A DNA stretch of 64,000 bases, taken from assembly GCA_965248265.1 (NCBI GenBank), contig CBDFJF010000002.1, forward strand, positions 2,513,214 through 2,577,213, given 5' to 3'. Each line of letters opens with the position of its first letter. The stretch's first letter is position 1. Shown here in pieces: positions 36,811 through 45,864 of the stretch. The notes under the pieces are model-generated. The model saw only the letters and a program-made list of their open reading frames with translations. It searched no databases and was not told where the DNA came from. The position numbers and the translations under genes are program-made. This DNA comes from Candidatus Latescibacterota bacterium. Its GTDB lineage: Bacteria > Latescibacterota > UBA2968 > UBA8231.

Positions 36811-38175
36811 TCAGTAGTTGTCTCCCGGATCATTGTCGTTCCTCGCGGGCTGGTCGCTCGGAACCGGGATGTTCGAGTTGGCGTTGCGCTCGTCCTCACT
36901 GTAATAAAGCCGTCTGGGAATATTCGAGGTGTTTGCCAGTGCCGGTCGATTGGTGCGCTTCCAGTCGTTCCACACCTCGATGTTGAGGAAGAGCGCGATG
37001 TATTTCTCTTCCATAATGGCGTTGATCAGCGCCTCCCCCGACAGCCCAGACGCAACGCCAAGAGATCCGTCGTCCAGACTCCACCTCATCTCCAACCCTC
37101 GGCGCACCTCGTTCAGTTTTTCCAGGGCCGTGGCCTCGTCCCCGGTCTTGTAGGCGCATTCAGCCCAGATCAGTTGGGTTTCCTCCCAGGTGAGGATGTC
37201 GCTGGAGGCGTCCGGCGACAGGAAACCGGCGCTCAGGTTGGAGACATCGGTATTGCCGTCGCCAGGATCGACGCCGCTGTAGTCGCCCGACGCATCCGTG
37301 CCGAAGTAGAGCGCCAGGCGCGGGTCATCGCGCGATTGCAGCAGATCGACCATGAACTTGCCGGCCCGCTGGTAGGAGTCCCGCTCCCGCTGGAACTGGT
37401 ACCACGTGTTCGCCTCCACCTCCACCGTAGTGTGGTAACTCTTGAAGTCCCCGCTAGAAGACGAGATCCCCAACTGAGCCTGTTGCAGGGCCCTGTCGTA
37501 GTTCCCCGCATCGACCTCCGCCCAGTGCATATAGAGGCGCGCCTTCAAGGAGTGGGCCGCCTCGATCCACAACTGGTTGTCCCCACCGTAGACCAGGTCG
37601 TTGGGCGGGAGCGACCCGGCATCGCTCTCCAGATCGGCGATGGCCGCGTCCAGGAGACTCTGCAGGGTGTTATAGATATCCCACTGCTCGTCCAGCCTCG
37701 GCTCGGCGACGTCACCAAGCGCTTCGGAATAGGGCAGATCCCCCCAGATGCTGGCGGCCGTGCCCACGCTCAGGGCCTCCCAGACCTTGGCGATGCCAGC
37801 GTACACCCGGTTGCCTTGCTCCTCGTTCTTGGCGATGATCCTGCGAATGTCGATCAGTCCGCCGCCGACGTAGACGTCGTTCATCTCGCCGTCGTGGTCG
37901 GCCTCGGTGAAAGAAAAGGTGCCCAGTGACCGGAACTGAAGGTCGGTGCCAGCCATCTGCTGCGTCCAGATTGCGGCGGTGCGGGCCAGGTGTCCCTCCT
38001 GCATGAAAAATCCCGAAATCTGAATCGAGTTGAACATCAGGTCGGCGGACACCTCGGTGGCCCGGTTGGGGTCGTCTTCGACCTTCGAGCCCGTGATGAA
38101 ATCACCGCAGCCGATCACCCACGTGCAAGCGGAGATAATCCCGAGGGATAGCGCTGTCTTCGTTGCCTTGTACAT
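36811..38175 (-). CDS. SusD/RagB family outer-membrane lipoprotein
   Basis: Start at ATG 38175 (GGGAGGGG SD), 18 nt after the SusC-like stop. Lipoprotein signal MYKATKTALSLGIISACTWVIGC, the IWGDLPYSEA motif typical of SusD-like proteins, and about 454 aa. The 150-codon N-terminal extension in the track overlaps susC and is rejected. Confidence 0.85.
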   Translation of the reverse strand: MYKATKTALSLGIISACTWVIGCGDFITGSKVEDDPNRATEVSADLMFNSIQISGFFMQEGHLARTAAIWTQQMAGTDLQFRSLGTFSFTEADHDGEMNDVYVGGGLIDIRRIIAKNEEQGNRVYAGIAKVWEALSVGTAASIWGDLPYSEALGDVAEPRLDEQWDIYNTLQSLLDAAIADLESDAGSLPPNDLVYGGDNQLWIEAAHSLKARLYMHWAEVDAGNYDRALQQAQLGISSSSGDFKSYHTTVEVEANTWYQFQRERDSYQRAGKFMVDLLQSRDDPRLALYFGTDASGDYSGVDPGDGNTDVSNLSAGFLSPDASSDILTWEETQLIWAECAYKTGDEATALEKLNEVRRGLEMRWSLDDGSLGVASGLSGEALINAIMEEKYIALFLNIEVWNDWKRTNRPALANTSNIPRRLYYSEDERNANSNIPVPSDQPARNDNDPGDNY

Positions 38176-38192
38176 GGCTTTTCCCCCCTCCC

Positions 38193-41100
38193 TTAGTAGT
38201 CGAGCCGCAGCGTCATGACGTACGACCGCGTGTTCGGATTGTTGAAGTAGTCCAAACCGCGCAAGTTGCTCGCGCCGGTCAGGTTGGTCTCGGGATCGAT
38301 CCCCCTGTAGTCCGTCCAGGTCGCGAGGTTGCGGGCGCTGAGGCGGAGGTTGAGGTTGGTCAACCCGAGTTGCTGCACGAAATCCCCCCGGAAGTCGTAA
38401 GCCACGGCGATCTCGCGCAGCTTGATGTACCCGCCGTCCTCGACGAACTGAGACGCCGGGCCCGAAAGGCCGCTGCCCAGGTTTTCGAGATGCCAGGCCT
38501 GACCCTTGGCCACTTCCGTACCCGCACCTGGGCCCTGGCCCTCGAACACCTGGGTTCCGTCGCGATCCTCGGTGTCCTTGTGTGTGCCGAAAAAGTAGAG
38601 GGCCCCCCTGGTTCCGTTCCACACCTCCCCCCCGCTCCTGATGTCGAACAGCCCGGAGACCTCCAGGTTGTTGAATAGGGTGACGGTGTTGCGGATGCTG
38701 CCGGTCCAGTCGGGATTGGGATCACCGATGATGCGGATCTCCGGATCGAGGAGCGGGTATCCATCAGCCGCGATATAGAGATCGCCGGAGTTCCAGCCCG
38801 TGTACCTCTCATCGATGTTCACGTTCTGGGTCTCGCCATCGACCTCTTCGTCGATCTTGATGCCGCGCCCGAAGCGGATGAAGTCCTCGCCGCGGAAGAC
38901 GCCCACAGGCTCTCCCTCGATGGCATTGCCAGTGGCGCTGACCAAGCCGCCCAGGTTGACGAATTCGGCCCCTGGCAGGTCGGTCACCTCGTTCCGGTTG
39001 CGCGCGTAGACCGCGTTAACCGACCACTTGATGTCCTTGGTGCTCACCGGCTGGCCGTAGATACCGAGCTCGACTCCCTTGTTGGTGATGGTGCCCGCGT
39101 TCTTGATCTGCTCGAAGAAGCCGGTGGACGGCGGCAGTGACAGCGGGAAGATCACGTCCTCGGTCTTCTGGTCGTAGTAGGTCAGGTCGAAGCCCAGACG
39201 GTTGCCGAGCAGGCCGAGGTCGGTGCCCAGCTCCAGCTCTCTGGCGCGCTCGGGCTTGATCTTCTCCTGGCCCTTCGTGTCGTCGGTGAAAAACCCGCCC
39301 TGACCGAAGGCGGTCGAGTTGTGGACGACCCCCCAGCCCTGCTCGAAGATGTCGGTCTCAAAGGCCGTGATCGTCGAGTAGGCATTCGGCTCGCGGCCGG
39401 TCACGCCGTAGGCAGCGCGGAGCTTGCCGAAGGCTATGAGGTTCTGGTTCTGCAGCGCGTGCAGATTGGTGAAATCCCAGGCCGTACTGAACTTGGGATA
39501 CCAGTGACGTTTGCGCCCCTCGCTGAAGATCGATGAGCCGTCGTTGCGCACGCCTACCGTTAGGTAGAGCTGGTCCCACACGTCGACCAGCGCCTGGGCG
39601 AAGTACCCCTCGGTGCGGATGATCTCTTCGTACTCCTGCGGGGTGTACGAGGAGGTGTTTGACAGCTGTTCGAAGCCGTCCACCGAGATGCCGTTTCCTG
39701 TCGTGGAAAACTCGTTGTACTCCCGCTGGTTCAGGTTCTGGCCGACCATCAGATCCACTCTCATGTCCGCGGGCGCGAAAGCCCGCGTGGCGGTGATTGC
39801 CAGGTTCGCGTCGGCCTCGGTGGTGGTGTACTTGTCGCGGATAATCTTGCCCTGAGGCGAGTCGGAGTTGCCCAGAGGAAGCACCGTCCGCCGCTCGTCG
39901 TTGGCGTAGTCGTAGCCCAGGGTGTACCTGACGTTGAGCCAGTTGAGCGGATTGTAGTCCAGGTTCAGGTTGCCGAAGAAGCGACCCACATCACTGATGT
40001 TGGTGTGCTCGTTGACGATGAAGAACGGGTTGTCGTACCCGCGCGAGCCCGCCAGCGACTCCGGGTTCGGATTGCGATAGGAGCGGTGGAAGCCGGTCTC
40101 CGGATCGAGATATGGCCGGTTATTGAAGTCCGGCGGTGTCCGGTAAGCGCCCAGCAGCAGGCCGCCGACGTTGGAGCCCTTCTGGATGCGGTTGGACGAA
40201 GTGGAGGAGAAGGCCGCGTTCCCGGTGACGCTCAGCCGCCCGTTGATGCGCTGAGAAGCCTTGAGCCGGACCGCGTCGCGCAGGTAATTCGAGTTGCCCT
40301 TGATCGCGCCGTCGTGATCGGTGCGGCCGACGGACACGAAGTATGTCGTCATGTCATTGCCGCCCGATACGGTCAGGTTGTTCTCTACCCGGTTCCCGGT
40401 CTCGAACATCTCCCAGGCGTGGTCGTAGGTCGGTACGTCCAGAGTGTCGAGGCGGGGCCCCCAGGTCAGAGCGAACCCCTCGATCGCGCTGCCGTCGATG
40501 CCCTGGCCATAGCTGCGCTGCAGCGCAGCGCTCTCGTTTACCTCGTCGAAGCTGTAGGACATCTTGTAAGACACCCTCGGCCTTCCGGGCTGCCCCTGCT
40601 TGGTGGTGATGAGCACCACTCCGTTGGCCGCTCGGGAGCCGTACATGGCCGCCGCCGCCCCCCCCTTGAGGATCTCTACGGACTCGATGTCCTCAGGGTT
40701 GATGTCGGCGGCCCGGTTCTGTTGAGTGACCCCGGCCACGGCGTCGCCGAGCGACGTGTTGGCCTCGTGGATGGACTGGTTGTTGATCGGCGAGCCGTCG
40801 ACGACGAACAAGGGCTGCGTGCCGCCCATGATGGAGTTGACCCCGCGGATGCGGATGTAGGATGCCGCACCCGGCTCGCCACTCGTCTTGGTGATCTCCA
40901 CATTGGGCACCTTGCCAGACAGGGCGGTGACCACGTCCGCCTCATCGCTGTCGACGATCACCTTGGGTGCGACCTTGTTGATTGTGACGCCCAGCCTTTC
41001 CCTGCTCCTCCCCACGCCGAGTGCGGTGACCACTATCTCTTCCATGTACAACACATCGATGCCGAGGACGAAGTCCGTCTTGTTGGTTCCGGCCTTCGGC

Positions 41101-41381
41101 ACGAGTGCCGCCGTCTGGGCGCTGTGGCCGACGTAGCTGGCCTTCAAGGTGACCTCTTTACCCAAGAGGTCCCTTCCCACGGCGAACCGATAGAGCCCCT
41201 CGTCGTCCGTGATGGATCCGAGGGGATTGTCGACGATGCCGACGCTTGCCCCGCCCAGTGGAGCTCCGGTCTCGTCGGTCACAGTGCCCGTGATGACGAC
41301 ATCGCTCAACGCGGCTGCCCAGGTCGACATCAACACCAAGACGAAGACTAGAACCGGCAGCAAGAATGTGCGGTCTCTCAT
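38193..41381 (-). CDS. SusC/RagA family TonB-dependent outer-membrane receptor
   Basis: Start at ATG 41381 (MRDRTFLLPVLVFVLVLMSTWAAALS; GGGAGGGGG SD). Carboxypeptidase-regulatory-like domain VITGTVTDETGAPLGGASVGI. Plug motif INPEDIESVEILKGGAAAAMYGSRAANGVVLITTKQG. C-terminal aromatic end …MTLRLDY. Confidence 0.9.
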   Translation of the reverse strand: MRDRTFLLPVLVFVLVLMSTWAAALSDVVITGTVTDETGAPLGGASVGIVDNPLGSITDDEGLYRFAVGRDLLGKEVTLKASYVGHSAQTAALVPKAGTNKTDFVLGIDVLYMEEIVVTALGVGRSRERLGVTINKVAPKVIVDSDEADVVTALSGKVPNVEITKTSGEPGAASYIRIRGVNSIMGGTQPLFVVDGSPINNQSIHEANTSLGDAVAGVTQQNRAADINPEDIESVEILKGGAAAAMYGSRAANGVVLITTKQGQPGRPRVSYKMSYSFDEVNESAALQRSYGQGIDGSAIEGFALTWGPRLDTLDVPTYDHAWEMFETGNRVENNLTVSGGNDMTTYFVSVGRTDHDGAIKGNSNYLRDAVRLKASQRINGRLSVTGNAAFSSTSSNRIQKGSNVGGLLLGAYRTPPDFNNRPYLDPETGFHRSYRNPNPESLAGSRGYDNPFFIVNEHTNISDVGRFFGNLNLDYNPLNWLNVRYTLGYDYANDERRTVLPLGNSDSPQGKIIRDKYTTTEADANLAITATRAFAPADMRVDLMVGQNLNQREYNEFSTTGNGISVDGFEQLSNTSSYTPQEYEEIIRTEGYFAQALVDVWDQLYLTVGVRNDGSSIFSEGRKRHWYPKFSTAWDFTNLHALQNQNLIAFGKLRAAYGVTGREPNAYSTITAFETDIFEQGWGVVHNSTAFGQGGFFTDDTKGQEKIKPERARELELGTDLGLLGNRLGFDLTYYDQKTEDVIFPLSLPPSTGFFEQIKNAGTITNKGVELGIYGQPVSTKDIKWSVNAVYARNRNEVTDLPGAEFVNLGGLVSATGNAIEGEPVGVFRGEDFIRFGRGIKIDEEVDGETQNVNIDERYTGWNSGDLYIAADGYPLLDPEIRIIGDPNPDWTGSIRNTVTLFNNLEVSGLFDIRSGGEVWNGTRGALYFFGTHKDTEDRDGTQVFEGQGPGAGTEVAKGQAWHLENLGSGLSGPASQFVEDGGYIKLREIAVAYDFRGDFVQQLGLTNLNLRLSARNLATWTDYRGIDPETNLTGASNLRGLDYFNNPNTRSYVMTLRLDY

Positions 41382-41765
41382 GCTTTCCCCCTCCCGTGCG
41401 TGCAACCCCAAGGGCCTCCCCGATGCCAGTCCTCGGTTCAGTGCCGTCTGCATGGCGATATTGGAGACCAGTGCCCGCGCATCACCGACGAACGGTGAGT
41501 GCAGCAGAGACGTCCCCCTGGTTATCGAAACTTACAGATATTACCTGTAGAGGTCAGCATATATTATGCTCATTATCATTTGCTTGTCTGGTCACGGGTT
41601 TCAGGCTTTTTTTTTATGCTGCCGACTTTCACAGATACGCCCCGGACACGCAGGCGATCGTGAATCTGGGGGCCAGTGGTATGCACAGCTGCATCGGTGA
41701 AGCGGATCGGGGTCGAATGGGCGTCTACTCGAAACCGGCACGGGCCGCTAAAGTCGGTTGATCTC

Positions 41766-42515
41766 TCAGTGGATTCTGACGACGACTGCGGTCAAGTTGT
41801 CCGCGTTCCCGCCGCGCTCACTGCGCGCAGCATCCACGAGACGGCGCGCCAGGTCAGCGGAGGGCAGATCGAGGGACAGCAACTCGCCGATGCGCTTGTG
41901 GCCGAGAGGGTCGTGCAAGCCATCGGAGCTGATCATCAGGCGATCTGCTGGGAGGAGATCATGCGTGCCGAGTTGCGGTTGCACACGTCGGACCGTTCCA
42001 AGAAACCTGACCAGCACACTGCTGTCGGTCGAGCGCGCTGCGGATTCAGTGGGCAGCAGGCCGAGGGAGACCTTCTGTTGGGAGCGGGTATGGTCCAGGG
42101 TCAGCTGCTCGAGAGTACCCTGGCGCCAACGATAGAGCCGGGTGTCACCCACATGAGCGAAGGAGACGCTTCCCTCGGAAAGAACGGCAACGGTGAGCGT
42201 CGTGCCCATTCCGAGCAGTTCCGGCTCCTGGCGTGAAGCCTGTGCGATGAACTGGTTTGCCCGTTCGCAAAGATTGTCCAAGTCACGGACGAGATCCTCA
42301 GCATCGCGGTGGGCGACAAGATCCTCGCAGACCATGCTCACGGTCTCCACGGCGATCTGACTGGCGACTCCGCCGCCTCTGGCACCGCCCATGCCGTCAG
42401 CCACCGCACAAACACGACCACCCGCGGTGTTGACGGCACGATCTTCGTTGGATTCCCGATCGCCGCGATGGGTGCACGTCCCGGCATCCAGTGGGGACGA
42501 CTGCGGATCGCTCAC
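41766..42515 (-). CDS. PP2C-family Ser/Thr protein phosphatase
   Basis: 249 aa with AVADGMGGARGG, ISSDGLHD and NLTAVVVRI motifs. Confidence 0.9.
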   Translation of the reverse strand: MSDPQSSPLDAGTCTHRGDRESNEDRAVNTAGGRVCAVADGMGGARGGGVASQIAVETVSMVCEDLVAHRDAEDLVRDLDNLCERANQFIAQASRQEPELLGMGTTLTVAVLSEGSVSFAHVGDTRLYRWRQGTLEQLTLDHTRSQQKVSLGLLPTESAARSTDSSVLVRFLGTVRRVQPQLGTHDLLPADRLMISSDGLHDPLGHKRIGELLSLDLPSADLARRLVDAARSERGGNADNLTAVVVRIH

Positions 42516-42528
42516 GGCAGGGCCGGCG

Positions 42529-45500
42529 CTACGCCGATTTGGCCACTGGTTCCAGCTCGGCGATGACCGTGCGGACGTGGTCGAGATCGAGCGTCGCTTC
42601 GGCGCCCTCGAATATCTGTTCGGCCTTGCGCAATGGTTCCAGAGCGGCGTCGCTGTGGCCCGAATCGCGCTCCAACAGACCCAACTCGAACAGTGCTTCG
42701 GCCAGGCTCACAGATTCGCCAAACTGCCTGTTCATGTCGATGCTTTTCGCCAGGTACGTGCGTCCGTCGGCCCAATTGCGCTCGAGGCGGCAAAGGCGGC
42801 CGTAGAGGCGGAGTGCATCGGCGACTCCGAGTGAATCCTCGAGCCGGCGCAGACCCCGAAGCGCCGTTCCGCAAGCCATGCGGGCCTCGACGAGGTTGCC
42901 TTTGCCCAGAAGGGCTTCGGTGCGGTTCAACTCGATCGTAGGTTCGTGAAAAGCGAATCGAGCTGAGCGGCACAAGCTCAGACTGCGCTCGTACAATTCC
43001 AGCGCGTCGTCCCATCGCCGCTGGTCGGCCCGCAGCATACCCATGTTGTAATAGGTCAATGCGGTCTGTGGCGAAGGCTCCAGCTGTTCGTCCAGGGCGA
43101 GGACCCTTTCATACTGGTCCCAGGCGGCTTCGAGGTCCCCCCTCATAGTGGCTACGACGGCGAGATTGTTGAGGGCTTCCGACATCTCGCGCGGACCGTC
43201 TGCCGCGGCCAGTTCGACGGTTTCCCGCCAGCGGGACTCGGCCTCGTTGTAGCGCCCGCACTCGAAGTCGGCAACGCCCCAGTTGATCAGGATCCTGGCG
43301 CGCGCCAGTGGTGCGTCCAGCCCCTCGAGGCAGCGTATTGCCTTCTCGTATCCCTGAACGGCCTGTGGGAATCTCCTCTGGTGCTCGTCCACCTTGCCCG
43401 TGAGCTTGAGGGCTTCGGCTTCGTCCAGAGGGCGTCCGGCGCGATGGGCCTCCGCGCGCATGCGCTCGCAGTGCTCGCGCGCCCGGTCATGAGCAGCCAG
43501 ATAGACGTTGGCGAGAGCGCTTCGCTTCAGAGCGTGGATGAGCGCGTCGGTCGTTCCGTCCGCGATACTCTCGCAGGCCTCTATGACCTGGGCGAAGTAG
43601 GCGCTGGCCTTGCGCCAGCTGAACAGCTCGAAGGCTTCGTCCCCGGCGGTGGTCAGGTAGGGGATGGCACGAGCAAAATCACCGGCGCCGTGGAGGTGTG
43701 TGCCAAGCTCGGCTGCGGCTATGTCGGTACCCTGAGACGAGCGCTCTTCGAGGTACGATCCGACCACGCGGTGGTATTCGCGTTTCAACTCCCACGGAAT
43801 GTCTTCGTAGAGCACCTCACGTATCATCGAGTGGCTGAATTCGAATCCGTCTTTGACGGACACGATGAGCTGGCCCTTTTTCTCCAGTCTGAAAAGCGAC
43901 TTCAACGCATCCATTCTCGAGAGGCCGCCCGCCTCTTCCACAATGCTGGAGGTGAAGCGGTGGCCAACGACGGCGGCGAGCTGGATTACCTCGAACTCGC
44001 GCCCCTCCAGCAGATCGACTCGACGGCGCACCAGTGCCCTGACCCGGTCAGGTACGGCGATCTCGCCGAGCTCTGCGCGAACCGTCCAGGCACCGCCGTC
44101 GTAGCGCAGCAGTTCCTGGTCGCGCAGCAGCTTGAGGATCTCGACCGCGACAAGCGGATTGCCCTGCGCATGCTCGAACAGGAAATCCACGAAGTCGCTG
44201 CTATAATCCGATTCGTAGAACAAGGAGCCCACGAGACGGTTCGTGTCCTGCCAGGACAATCGGCGCAGGTGCCGTTCGACCAGCACGCCCTCAGCGTCAA
44301 GTTGCTTGATGAGACTCGACAGAGGCCCTTCGCTCACCTCTGCCGTCAGCTCCTCTGGGCGATACGTGACGACACACAGCACCTGGCATTCGGAGATACG
44401 TCGCACGAGATAGTGCAACAGCTGCAGAGACCCCTCATCGGCCCAGTGCACGTCTTCGAGGCAGAGGACCAGGGGCTTCAACTCGGACGCGGCAGCAAAG
44501 AGCTCGAACACGGTATCGAACAGACGCTGCCGCCCCGCATCAGCATCCGAATCGGAGCCGAAAGCAGCCGCGAAACTGGCCCGCACCTTGGCGGTCGTGC
44601 TCGAGCTGGTGGCGAGATCGACGAGCTCCGGAGCCTTCTCCCGCAGTATCTTCTCCAGCGCGCTTCGCTCGGATTCGGAGGCGTCGTCCCGCTCACCAAA
44701 CAGGTTGCTGACGGCGTCGAGGAAAGGCATGAATGGACCGAGTCCGTGTTCGTAAAAGCACGCGCCCTGCACGAAGCGACCACCGTGCTCGGTGGCGTAG
44801 CTGGCTAGCTGCCCGACGAGACGACTCTTGCCGATTCCAGCCTCGCCCGCCAGGAAAACCATCCGACCGCCGTCTGACAGCGCGTCGAAATCGGCCCGCA
44901 ACGCATCGAGCTCGCTTCGACGTCCAGTGAAACGCGGCTGGAAATCGCGATTGCGCAGACCGTAGTCCTCCTGCTCACCGTCATACGGCCGCGGCTCCAG
45001 GCCGGAGATCTCGCCCAGCTCCAAACGCCGTTGGATATCGAGAAGGGCGGCGATGGCGTCGCCTGCCGCGGCGAAACGATGTTCGGGTAGCTTCTCCAGC
45101 AGCCGCAGGACCAACCGGTCCAGCGCCGTCGGAATGGCCGGATTGTGGAACGACGGCGCCAGCGGCTCTTCGTTGAGCTGGTGGTAGACCAGAGTAGCCG
45201 GCGAGTCACCGGACACCGGCTGCGTTCCCGTCAGCATCTCGTAAAGGACGACGCCGACCGCGTAGAGATCGACGGCAGGCCCGATGTCCTCACCGAGAAT
45301 CTGCTCAGGGGCCATGTATTCGACCGTCCCGAGTATCTCATCGGCGCGCGTCAGGAAGGCGCCGTCCTGAAGCCTGGCGACGCCAAAGTCGAGGACCTTT
45401 ACCACGCCTTCGTCCTTCAACAAGACGTTGTCGGGCTTGATGTCACGGTGGATGATCGAGCTCTCGTGGGCGACTCGGGCGGCATCCATCAGCTGTAGCG

Positions 45501-45864
45501 CGATGGAAAGGCATTCGGGTACCGGCAGGCCGCCCATGCTGGCCTGCAGCAGGCTGCGCAACGACTGGCCCTCGATCAGTTCCATCGCCAGATAGAGATA
45601 GCCGTCAGCCCTCCCGCTGCGATACACCCGGACTATGTTGTCATGGTCAAGCTTGGCGGCCAGGCGCGCTTCGCGCACGAACCGCTCGTCGGCTCGCCCG
45701 TCGCCATCGAGGGATATCACTTTCAGTGCCACATCGCGTTCCAGCACTTCGTCCCAAGCTCGGTACACCGTCCCCATCCCGCCCCGTCCGACAACGTGCG
45801 TGATGCGGTAATCGTCGAAGGTATAGCCTATCAAGTGATCAAGCGGCGGCATGGATGACTTCAT
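42529..45864 (-). CDS. Ser/Thr protein kinase fused to an AAA_16/STAND NTPase and TPR repeats
   Basis: 1111 aa. Kinase motifs GRGGMGTVYRA, HRDIKPDNVLL, DFG and APE. P-loop LAGEAGIGKSRL and Walker B LVLCLEDVHWAD. The C-terminal ~450 aa is TPR-like. Confidence 0.9.
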   Translation of the reverse strand: MKSSMPPLDHLIGYTFDDYRITHVVGRGGMGTVYRAWDEVLERDVALKVISLDGDGRADERFVREARLAAKLDHDNIVRVYRSGRADGYLYLAMELIEGQSLRSLLQASMGGLPVPECLSIALQLMDAARVAHESSIIHRDIKPDNVLLKDEGVVKVLDFGVARLQDGAFLTRADEILGTVEYMAPEQILGEDIGPAVDLYAVGVVLYEMLTGTQPVSGDSPATLVYHQLNEEPLAPSFHNPAIPTALDRLVLRLLEKLPEHRFAAAGDAIAALLDIQRRLELGEISGLEPRPYDGEQEDYGLRNRDFQPRFTGRRSELDALRADFDALSDGGRMVFLAGEAGIGKSRLVGQLASYATEHGGRFVQGACFYEHGLGPFMPFLDAVSNLFGERDDASESERSALEKILREKAPELVDLATSSSTTAKVRASFAAAFGSDSDADAGRQRLFDTVFELFAAASELKPLVLCLEDVHWADEGSLQLLHYLVRRISECQVLCVVTYRPEELTAEVSEGPLSSLIKQLDAEGVLVERHLRRLSWQDTNRLVGSLFYESDYSSDFVDFLFEHAQGNPLVAVEILKLLRDQELLRYDGGAWTVRAELGEIAVPDRVRALVRRRVDLLEGREFEVIQLAAVVGHRFTSSIVEEAGGLSRMDALKSLFRLEKKGQLIVSVKDGFEFSHSMIREVLYEDIPWELKREYHRVVGSYLEERSSQGTDIAAAELGTHLHGAGDFARAIPYLTTAGDEAFELFSWRKASAYFAQVIEACESIADGTTDALIHALKRSALANVYLAAHDRAREHCERMRAEAHRAGRPLDEAEALKLTGKVDEHQRRFPQAVQGYEKAIRCLEGLDAPLARARILINWGVADFECGRYNEAESRWRETVELAAADGPREMSEALNNLAVVATMRGDLEAAWDQYERVLALDEQLEPSPQTALTYYNMGMLRADQRRWDDALELYERSLSLCRSARFAFHEPTIELNRTEALLGKGNLVEARMACGTALRGLRRLEDSLGVADALRLYGRLCRLERNWADGRTYLAKSIDMNRQFGESVSLAEALFELGLLERDSGHSDAALEPLRKAEQIFEGAEATLDLDHVRTVIAELEPVAKSA

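Noticed and set aside
41430-41520. Possible cobalamin riboswitch upstream of the TonB-dependent receptor (two GGCACTG strings resembling the GCCACTG box).
   Set aside because: No B12-box or the other conserved riboswitch cores are recognisable. The receptor is a SusC/SusD-type pair rather than BtuB-like.
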